Shown one piece after another: positions 1-9,100 of a stretch of 64,000 nucleotides of DNA. The notes beneath the pieces were generated by a model. The model made no database searches, was not told the origin of the DNA, and worked only from the letters and a program-made list of their open reading frames with translations. The stretch is from contig JBLDXI010000014.1 in assembly GCA_047495785.1 (NCBI GenBank), positions 1 to 64,000 of the forward strand. Reading direction: 5' to 3'. The number at the start of each line of letters is the position of its first letter. Position 1 is the stretch's first letter. This DNA is from Lepidodermella squamata (lineage: Eukaryota; Animalia; Gastrotricha). The position numbers and the translations under genes are program-made.

Positions 1-90
1 ATCTCGTGAGAGTTCCCTATCCATATCCCCATCTCTAACCATATCTCTATCTCTATCTCTATCCCTATCTCTATCTCTATCTCTATAGCT
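1..90. repeat. Degenerate ATCTCT/ATCCCT hexamer microsatellite
   Basis: Runs of atctct/atccct; a similar run lies at 772-830. Confidence 0.85.
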
Positions 91-165
91 ATAAAATAGA
101 GCAAGGTCAAAGTCCAAGGTCGAATTCTCGCGCCTTAATGCCACGTGGCGCCAGTAGAAGGGAAA

Positions 166-198
166 AAAATGGCGGTGCTACTTCTCTGTTATAAAAGC
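166..198 (+). promoter_or_regulatory. Putative promoter upstream of the hammerhead (AAAATGGCGG YY1-like site and TATAAAAG box)
   Basis: Both motifs lie ~70-100 nt upstream of the ribozyme core; motif match only. Confidence 0.3.
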
Positions 199-251
199 AC
201 ACTAAAAACTGCATTGAAATCATTCATCCAGCTTTTATTTCTAGCAAAGAA

Positions 252-321
252 AGCAACGAAAGTCACTGATGAGCCTGCTACCCACAGGCGAAACCGGTCT
301 GACGTTTTTTCGGGTGTTGCT
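252..321 (+). ncRNA. Minimal type I hammerhead ribozyme (Penelope-like element/retrozyme type)
   Basis: GTCA-CTGATGA-GCCTG-ctaccca-CAGGC-GAAA-CCGG-TC-TGAC. Intact core, stem II GCCTG/CAGGC, palindromic minimal stem III ACCGGT, stem I GTCA/TGAC extended by AGCAAC/GTTGCT. Predicted cleavage after C299 (GUC). Confidence 0.9.
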
Positions 322-412
322 ATTTGTCATTAATGATCACTGTTTACTTTGTGTTTGCTTATTATTTTCGATTAACCACATTGAGAGCCTTGCAAAGGCT
401 GCTATTGGTATC

Positions 413-503
413 TGCTTCCCTTCAAGGGTGGCCTTTCCAGTCATGCTTCCCTATATGGGTTGCCTTTTGTAATTTGCTTCCCTATGTGGGTGGCTTTTCC
501 AAA
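413..503. repeat. 3 x 31-bp imperfect tandem repeat
   Basis: TGCTTCCCT....GGGTKGCYTTT units start at 413, 444 and 475. Confidence 0.85.
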
Positions 504-771
504 TGTTTGGTAAGCTGTAACCATCGACCTACCTACCAGAGATTTACGAGATGGTAATAAACGAATTTACAATTGTGGCTCATTGAATGAAGCCAAAAGG
601 GAAAGGATTGAACGCGTTGTTGAGACATGAGGCTTGATAAATCGAATCTTTATCACGACCTCATTTCATCCCTACATCAGAAGTGTACCCATTCAAGACG
701 GTAATTGAGTTCTTGCTAGTGAATAGCACAGTGTCATGTCAGAGGCGGTTAAAACCGTGAATTTAACCTGC

Positions 772-830
772 ACCTCTATCTCCATCTCCATCTCCATCTC
801 TATCCTATCCCTATCCCTATCCCTATCCTC
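772..830. repeat. ATCTCC/ATCCCT hexamer run (telomere-variant-like)
   Basis: CCCTAT differs from CCCTAA by one base and has the same strand polarity as the true tracts. Confidence 0.8.
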
Positions 831-930
831 GGATAGGGCTAAAGCTATTGAAATACAGGCCTGGCTCTCTAGTAGCATTAGAGCTAACTGCCGGGGTGCT
901 TAGGCTACCTGTCTGGTAATTCTCTCCTAA

Positions 931-979
931 CTAACCCTAACCCTAACCCTAACCCTAACCCTAACCCTAACCCTAACCC
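931..979. repeat. Telomeric tract (CCCTAA)~8
   Basis: Perfect CCCTAA units. Confidence 0.98.
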
Positions 980-1660
980 AGCAGTTGCCTTTTGGGTTTC
1001 CTATTGGATTAGCGTGTTCGCCTACAACTTTTGAGTTTTTCTGGCTTTTAACTTGACCATTCAGGTCGCCCAGAATTATAATTTTACCTGACTTAGTCAC
1101 CAATCTATTGTATTCCAGCTGTAAATCAGAAATAAATTTGTCCAGTAATTTCGTGTCATTCGCCGCGGGTGCATAGACTACTATGACGCTGAAGGTCTCA
1201 CGATAGATTTTTAGCCTGGCCGACATTAATCGGTCGCTAACAAAATTTATTGATGTGACTTTGATAAATTTACATTTTTTTACGTACAATCCTGTCCCAG
1301 AACGGGCCGTCGCACCGTCATCCAGGCCACAATAATAAAAAATTCCAGAACCAAGGTTGATTGAGCCTTTCCCTTTCATACGATGCTCTTGCACGGCTAC
1401 CACGTGAAAATTTGCAAATTCATCATCCATCTCCCAATTTTTGTCTTTTTCGGTTCTAATATTTAGTGTTGCCAACAAAATCAATCTAAATAATTCATAA
1501 GCTTGGTGGCTACGAAGGTTCTTTTTGTTGCGACGTCTTTTAGCAGATCGTTCGCCTACCTGTTCATCTTCATCTGATCTCTCGTCGTTTCCTGTCTTGC
1601 ATTGATCAGAAAGTGTCAACAAAGGTTCGAAACAGTTTTTAGTATCCACCGGTGTGTTGT
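980..1660 (-). pseudogene. ORF2 AP-endonuclease N-terminal part, truncated by TTAGGG repeats
   Basis: LATLNIR, VAVQEH, GTGLYV, SDRLM, VVYAP, ILGDLNGQV and VVGEH..N.KG motifs; the frame then reads VRVRVR; the C-terminal SDH motif is absent. Confidence 0.88.
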
Positions 1661-2604
1661 TGTTGTGCGTTGTAGTTCGGCGTTGGCGGCGCGTGTTCGT
1701 TTCGTCGGTTGTCGCGTGCCATGCGCGGGTTGAAAAACTTGTTTTTGTTGTTATTGTTGCGTACGGGCGGCGCACGTGGTTGCACTGGTGCCGGGCACTG
1801 GCGCCAGTAATGACCTGGAGCATTGCAATTGAAGCACGTGCCAGCACGTGCCATCTGGTTAGTATGTTGTTGTTGCTGATTCTGCTGTCTGTTGGCCTGG
1901 TTTCCGCGATTGACCTCATTTCCGCCATTGTTGTGGACATCCTCGGGGGCCTGTCGATGTTCTTGACTACCCGGGTATTGTGAGCCACGACGGTTGTTAA
2001 CGAACGGCCGATCGACGGTCGCCGCCTCTGGCTTGATCCATGCTTTCTTTCGTGAATTGTAGAAAACCTCGGTTTTTCCATCTTTCACAATTCTGTTTCC
2101 TTGGATTTTCAGTTCCGCTTTGTCTGGGCGGTTTTCGATGTAACTCTTCGCTTCGTTTCGCACTTCTCGCTGATGGAACGAATAGTAGGGTTTCGCAAAA
2201 TGAGGCTTTTCCCATCGCAAGGAGATAGCATCGAGGACCCGCTTCGCATGGGATTGCGAATGGAACGTGACTCGATAAGTGGTCTTGCCCAGACGCTCGA
2301 AAACATCGAATTCCACGTCTTCAAGCAAATCATCAAGGACGTCAAAGATCTCCTCATCGGTAGCGTTCTCTGCGAAGCCCCCAATCACCAGCGACTTGCT
2401 GGCATCCGCCAATTCCAGCTGATGAAGCCGTCGACTGTGCATCGACAGCTCCTCCTCGAGCTTCGCCTTGCTCTCGTAGAGCTTGGCCACCTCCAAAGTT
2501 AGCCGAGAGTACAGCTGGTACCGCTTTTTCCAGTCAGTTGTTGAGTCGCCCTGCTCCATTGCCATGTCCATGGCCATCAGCTCGTCGATGATAGTTGTTG
2601 CCAT
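1639..2604 (-). CDS. Retrotransposon ORF1 (coiled coil, RRM-like segment, CCHC zinc knuckle)
   Basis: CFNCNAPGHYWRQC knuckle; SLVIGGFAE...RLG...VTF pattern typical of LINE ORF1; likely start ATG 2604 (upstream in-frame ATG at 2760). Confidence 0.85.
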   Translation of the reverse strand: MATTIIDELMAMDMAMEQGDSTTDWKKRYQLYSRLTLEVAKLYESKAKLEEELSMHSRRLHQLELADASKSLVIGGFAENATDEEIFDVLDDLLEDVEFDVFERLGKTTYRVTFHSQSHAKRVLDAISLRWEKPHFAKPYYSFHQREVRNEAKSYIENRPDKAELKIQGNRIVKDGKTEVFYNSRKKAWIKPEAATVDRPFVNNRRGSQYPGSQEHRQAPEDVHNNGGNEVNRGNQANRQQNQQQQHTNQMARAGTCFNCNAPGHYWRQCPAPVQPRAPPVRNNNNKNKFFNPRMARDNRRNEHAPPTPNYNAQQQHTGGY

Positions 2605-3011
2605 GATAAATACGTATGTAAAAATCAAATTAAATACTTTGAATCCTCGGAAAATGGAAATTGCACGCCGATTCGGTCTTGGCCAACACAAATTTGCCCT
2701 CTCAGCTATCGCAGTCGAATTCGCCTTAGAATTCGAAAATCGATACGCAGATATTTTCATTCATTGTATTCATTCTTTGAATACAAATTTTGTCTGAGTT
2801 CCTTTGAGCCATTTGTCGGGAATATTTATCGGATCTCAGTATTATCGCGGAGTGGTTAGGAACACATAATTTTTGTGATGAAGAATCATCATAAACATGA
2901 AAATGATGCTCATCTTGGATCCCTATGGTGGAGTAATGGTAGGGCCCGGTTTGACTCTCAATAAAACGAGAGGCCCCGGTTTGCAGCTCGTCTGTATTAA
3001 ACTATTACCAA

Positions 3012-3120
3012 TAACCCTAACCCTAACCCTAACCCTAACCCTAGGCTACCTGTCTCTGTCTGGTATTTTCCCTAAACTAACCCTAACCCTAACCCTAACC
3101 CTAACCCTAACCCTAACCCC
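3012..3120. repeat. Two telomeric tracts (3012-3043, 3070-3120) separated by a 26-nt non-telomeric insert
   Basis: (CCCTAA)~5 + GGCTACCTGTCTCTGTCTGGTATTTT + (CCCTAA)~8. Confidence 0.97.
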
Positions 3121-3240
3121 ACCACCTCGGACAGAATATCAGGGCCCAAGCTATCAAACGCCTTTCGTACGTCAAGGAAAGCAACAGCCGCCTTCAGACT
3201 CGCGTTGCAGGCAGCTAACAGATCGTCAATTGTGGGGGCA
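3121..3240 (-). pseudogene. Short non-LTR reverse transcriptase fragment ending in TTAGGG repeats
   Basis: AAVAFLDVRKAFDSLGPDIL matches the RT D..KAFD.V motif; the frame then reads GLGLGL. Confidence 0.75.
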
Positions 3241-4727
3241 CGGTCGTGCCCTCCCGAAGAATGGAGAGAGGGTTGGGAAAGAACAGCGGCGAAAAGAGAA
3301 ATGGCCAGGGAAGAGGAAAAAAGGCACACCGTCAGCCCCCTATATAATAAGGTCTACGCAGAATAGAAGAAAATTGGCAAAAGTGTACCTACTTTGGGTG
3401 TTTATTACAAGGCCTTAGCAGAAGATATTTTCGAAAATAATTATACCAGCATGTAGCTAATATCCCCAGCTGTGTAATGGTATAATTTATTTGCAAAGAT
3501 TCTACAGGTAACTTGTTGTTTTGTGTCACCGCGCGAAGTCAATTTTTACGTGGTTCCTTAAAAAGTGTGGACCCCCCCCCCTCAGTGTGTAAACGCAAAG
3601 ACCGAGCTAGCGGTTGAGTGAGGGGACGGATTTCACACCGACGAAAAATTTAAAATTTTGGATTTATAATTAAAATATAAAAATATAAATATTTCCATAA
3701 ATTAATTTTTGTTTTGGCGCTATTTTATTCAAACTTGCAACTTGCGCGCGCGCTTCGAAACTTGCAACTCCTTGTCAACTCAGACACAGTTCCAGGTTCG
3801 TTCTTTGAGGGAACCGCTGGTTTTCCATCGAGTTTCTCGCAAACAGACATTAAACCTTACGTCATAAGAGGCAACTTTGCTTCGTATAACAACAAAATAT
3901 TCATCAATTTCGTAATAAGTCATCAAGTCCTATTTTGCATGCGACGGCATCATGGGGACCGACGAAGCCTGCACTACGGACTTTAACTTCTTCAAGAACT
4001 TACGTAATAGGTACTCACTTATGTGCATATGAATGGTTTGATAAAATTGAAATATGGAGTTTCTGTGAAGAATTATCGAAATGTGGAAGAAAGAAGTGAA
4101 ACACAGTGATGTCGCCGGTTTATCGAGGGTTGAATTCTGAACCCCTCTCAATTATTATCACATGCAAGATAGCGCAGCATAATTCCTGATGTAATTAATG
4201 TCGAATAAGCCGGGGATGTCAGGGATCATCGCTGCTTCAACGAAGGGGCGTCGTCCATCCAGGGGGTATCGCTCTCCTATCTGTTCCTTGTATCGGATAT
4301 CGGAAGGAGTTACTGTGCCTTGATATCATAGGTTGTATCCAATATCCAAATTTGTGAGAATCTTAGACCATCTTCAGACTGATTATCGTAAAAATACCTT
4401 CAACTAAGCTCGCATCACAAGCTATTAACTGGGTATATTCGAAGAAATATGGTTCATTGAGCACCAAAACCGACCCGAGAAGCAAATAATACACAACCCA
4501 GCGAGCGTGCGCAGCACGCGAGCGCTAAATTCGAGATCGCCCTCTCTGCAAAAAGTCGTTCTTCGACACTAAAAATGTAAGGTTTCGCTTGAGTTCGCAT
4601 ACCTTGATCTCGATTTGTCATGCTCAAATTCGCGACAGCGAAATTGTAACACAGACAGCTTCAAGATTAGAAGAAAATGCGGACAGCTGCAAATAGCAAG
4701 GCAACTAGCTTCATGAAACTGCATCAA

Positions 4728-6056
4728 ATTCCCTACAAAAAAGCTCCGCGTTGACTGTAGAGCCGAAGAATGAAGAGTCCCGATACCATTCTGCCACAAC
4801 TAGCAAACTGCATCAAATCCCGAGATGGCGCTTGCGCGCCATCTTTTTATCACTCGCCATTCTGAGCGGCGCTTCTCATGACACGGAGTCATTACAGTAT
4901 AAAGAAAGAAATACAAAAATAAACATGCCATGTTGATCTTTCCCTTTTTCCTTTAATTCCAAATATTCCTAAGGCACAGTAACTCCTTCCGATATTACAC
5001 TGATGGATGTTGTACTCCTTGTGGGAAGGATGATATGCATTAATCAGAGTTCAGGAGAAACCGCATGATATGTCTCATCGCATTTCAGTAAGATGTTATC
5101 GGAATTAATATGAAGAGATGATTCCGTCCCCGTTAATGTATTGTAATTGATGTTGACAATTAAGAGCCGATCAGTTTGCATTTTCCACATGCACATTTCC
5201 ACATCCTCATATTTCACTATAGCGCACGCGTGACCATAGGATTGATCCGAAAATATTAAGTAACAATATTAACCACTGAAAATGCATGATATAAATAAAG
5301 AACTTCTAATGAATTGATTTGGCGTTTGATCAATAGGTATGTATTGTGTTTGAGTAAACCTCAAGTTTCTGTTTGGAAGTTGATGTTCATGACGATCTTT
5401 GATCAATGAAGCACAACATTTCGATCTGCGGCAATGCGGCTAAGGCTAGCGCTAGCAAAATTTCAATCATTAACTAGTAAACCCTATCGACATCAGCGAC
5501 ATTGGCAAGGTTTAGCAGCTGAAGTGGCGACATATAGCTTTACCGCAGAACATCAAAAATATTGGATTACTCTCAATTCATTAATGCGTTCAGGCATTTC
5601 AGCTCATTTCAGCTCATTAACAGCTCTCATGTGCGTCTCGCTAATCACTAGCACTGGGAAATATTTACTTGAGCTGCAAATAAAACGTGATTCAGGATAT
5701 ATGCCATCGGATCATGAAGTTGTGACAATTGGTTATTACGGCTTTTGTTACAATCCGAGGAGCTGCAGTTATTTCAATTATCAGCTTGATATAATTCGGA
5801 AAAAATATAGTAGTTACAGTGTTTACTGGGCACCAGCAAACTCTTGCTTTTAGTTTCAACATCTGGCCTCATAAAAAAAGTGTAAAGGCTGACGAGGTTA
5901 ATGAACAAGAAGCGCCGCTCAGAATGGCGAGTGATAAAAAGATGGCGCGCAAGCGCCATCTCGGGATTTGATGCAGTTTGCTAGTTGTGGCAGAATGGTA
6001 TCGGGACTCTTCATTCTTCGGCTCTACAGTCAACGCGGAGCTTTTTTGTAGGGAAT
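4728..6056. repeat. 149-bp inverted repeat pair (4728-4876 / 5908-6056)
   Basis: Arms match as reverse complements by eye; each has an AGATGGCGC-4nt-GCGCCATCT hairpin. Confidence 0.92.
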
Positions 6057-6086
6057 CAACTTGAGGACAGAGCAGAATCGGTGTCG

Positions 6087-7549
6087 GGGTACGTTTCTTT
6101 ATTCTCAACAGATTTTGTTGAAAACAAGGCAAAAAACAGAGATCATTTCTTTATCCATTTATGTTAAAAACAACCATCGGTGAGTAATTCTTTATTCTGA
6201 TTTTGTTAGTAGCAAAAACAATAATCAGAGGCATTTCTTTATTCGATTTTTGCATTAACAAAATCTCGTTTATCAAATGAAACACTCGAATTTTGTTATT
6301 AGATTAAATCAATAAAGAAATGCATGGTTAGCTGTGTAACTGCTCTGGCGACCCGAGAAGTCAATGAATGTTACAATGAATCGGTAATATTTTGACGGGT
6401 TGCAAAATTTGGCCAATGGCCAACTGAAATTTCAGTCGGTATTGATGAGGGTCGTTAACTTTCAAACGGTTAAATTTTCAAAACTTCAAATAGGAAATCA
6501 GCGGGAAATATTGCAAGCCAGCGCTGTTAGCGTATGAGTGCCGTCATTTCAGCCGGGTCAAATCAGCCCGATGTTAAGAGCTTAGTCGAATCAGAACAAA
6601 AATGCCATTTTCACACTCAAAGGTGGAGACAGCTCGCATTAAAACGTTTCTATTTTTGGCGACATTTTTGCAGGTGACAAATAAGCAATACAGCCCCACT
6701 TATTATAATGTTGTCACTACGGTCCGAATCTTTGCCGACGGCATCGCTTGCATTAATCCCACCTGATTCCCCGTTATTTCAGCTCCGTCAAATCACTCCA
6801 AATCACTCAAATCAAGTCCACGATGTTAAGGACGAAATTATTTTTGGACGCTAAAATTAATTCATTCATTCATTCATTCATTTGTTCAAAATTAATTCAT
6901 CTTTTGCAAAAGTTATCATTCATTCGAGGACAACTTCAGCTGGCAACAGTGAAGCAATTTTGCCGAAATTTTCATCAACATTTGATCCGAATTTGTATTA
7001 AAACTGAGCTCGCATTTCGACTGTCATTAGGCTGATCTGTCCCTTGCGGATATGTCGCCAGCGAAAATGTCGCCGAATACCGATTTCGCACTATTTCGCA
7101 CTCGTACTATTCTCAATTACAAGTAATTTGTCACATAATCGCATAGTATAAAAAAAATGCCTGCGGTTTTGTCCCCTGCTGAAATGTCGCACGCCCATGA
7201 ATTAATAGGATTGCTGCTTGGTATAATGAATCATCAAGCATGACTTGGAGAAAATTAACGAAAAATTAGGTCATTTTCTTTTTTTTTGCCGTCGCTGGTC
7301 TGGGTCTTGATGCGTAGGACTTAGAAAAAATCGCTCCAAAAACGACTCGGCGAGTGGTTGGTAATTTCGGGCAAAAAACATGTTTAATGAATGAAACGCC
7401 ACTTGATTGTGTTAGTAGCTTTAACAATAATCCGAGTAAAGAAATGCGTTCTTGTTGAACTAATAATTTCAACAAAAATAAAGAAATGGTCTGTTTATGG
7501 CTTGTTTTGTTAATAATTTCATCTCTGTTGGAGATAAAGAAACGTACCC
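6087..7549. mobile_element. Non-autonomous DNA transposon (PIF/Harbinger-like)
   Basis: TIR GGGTACGTTTCTTTAT...ATAAAGAAACGTACCC with degenerate extension; 3-bp TSD TCG on both sides. Confidence 0.75.
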
Positions 7550-7765
7550 TCGCATTTCTTGCGAAACCCGAACTGCAAGCAATCGCCTAGTATAATTAAT
7601 TTAGCGCAAAATTTCAAATTGCGGTCTTGACTTGTATTTTATAAATACATTTCAGCCTAAAATTTTCATATAATTTTTATTATAATAAAATGCTGATGTT
7701 GGCATGACGACGTAAAAATAATAAAACCAGTCCTGTTGCGTGTCCCCACACCTCAGCGCCCCCAC

Positions 7766-8170
7766 GCGGCGTCGGCTGATTGTTTCATTGTAGAGTGTAT
7801 AAGAACCTCCACTTCCACCTCTGCCGGTCAGATTTCGGGGGACAGCGCTGCTGATGAGCACGGCATGCAGAACGTGCGAAGACTAGTGAACAGTTTTGTG
7901 AGAGGCGCCATATAACTATCTGGTGATTTTACTATCTTTTGTCCTATACAGCTTTTTAGTCTATTTTAGTCTATGTTTCTCTTCTTTTCTTGTCACTATG
8001 TTTTAGAGAAATCAGCTGATGGAGGAAGTTTACGCAAACCTCTTGTTTGTTATTGGCGTTTAACGGCTAACCATAGCCATCGCTTTCGCTTCTATTGCCA
8101 ATTGCCAACTACGAGTAGACAAGTGAACCAGCGGCGTCGGCTGATTGTTTCATTGTAGAGTGTCTAAGAA
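7766..8170 (+). mobile_element. Retrozyme/pLTR-like unit with terminal direct repeat and degenerate hammerhead
   Basis: 33-bp exact direct repeat 7766-7798 / 8131-8163 (period 365); CTGATGA-GCACG..CGTGC-GAAGACTAGT at 7851-7887. Confidence 0.5.
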
Positions 8171-9100
8171 AAGTCTCCACTGTAGTAATTTTTATTAGCT
8201 ATTTGTCTCAGTCCTTCTCCGTTCGCTTGTCTTAACAAATGATACAGCCAGTTATGTTAGCGAAAATTGTCTATTTCTACTCGAATACCTATATTTGTCA
8301 CATTTTTCTCTACAATTTACGTTATTTCTGTTTCTATGTCTAAATGTCCTGCGTGTGTCAAAAAGTTGTCAACAACTTCACCGCAATGGAACTTTGAACT
8401 TTGAAGAGTCCGATGTGCCTTACCCCTTGCCCTTTTATGTGATATTGACTGATGTCACTCCCGGCTGGTTCAGCCAAGGTCTTTGGTTGATTTATGTAAC
8501 TTGTGTTTCGAGCTTCTGACACTGTCGCAGCCTTTTTAGTCCTCTAGGATCGTAGCCTGACTAGCTACTGCTTAATCGTCCGCAGTTTAGCCGGTGCCCA
8601 CACTACCCGTTAACCGTAAAGTCGTGTCTACCCGTGTGAGATCCACAAGACGTATCTAGCCGCGTGGAATCGGGGTATTGTGTCCATGCGGAGAGCTCCA
8701 GAATAAAGAAATCCGCTTTAGAAGCGAAAGTTAAAAAATGAAGAAGGCCTACTCTGGTTAATAAAGAATGAGTGGAAAGGTGAAAGAAGAAAGAAGCTTA
8801 TCTCGCAGTAACGCAGCAACGCCTTTCATCCTTTTCTCCACTTATTCTTCTGCCGATGCACACCCCGATACGAGATGAATGAACAAGATAGAAGAACCCG
8901 CCCTATATCTTAACAATGACATGTTGATTTGTCGTTTAGAGATGCTTTTACGAAATTAGCTTGTCTGCAAGCTGACTTTTACTTTAGCTCGACATGCTGG
9001 ATAAAAATGCTTCGAGTGCATATAACATATAATCGCATATCCAGTTCGGTTTACAGATGACAACAGCCTAAAGAGCTGGAAAGAAAAAAGATAAAAAAAT

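Larger units (their letters stand above)
980..3011 (-). mobile_element. 3'-truncated non-LTR retrotransposon (RTE/RTEX-like) bounded by telomeric repeats
   Basis: Putative 5'UTR, zinc-knuckle ORF1 and partial AP-endonuclease; no RT; telomeric tracts on both sides. Confidence 0.85.

Noticed and set aside
413-503. CRISPR-like periodicity
   Set aside because: Eukaryotic context, and a tandem repeat without unique spacers.
585-710. Possible Penelope RT thumb remnant (RIFITTSFHP)
   Set aside because: Short, contains a stop, and has no other RT motifs.
693-878. ORF with DRDRDR/EMEME
   Set aside because: Translation of a microsatellite.
815-895. HDV-like ribozyme (TCCTCG ... GG-P4-CTAA)
   Set aside because: P1/P2 partners cannot be placed and the spacing is wrong.
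2897-3418. 173-aa ORF with LTLTLT
   Set aside because: Reads through telomeric repeats, antisense to the RT fragment.
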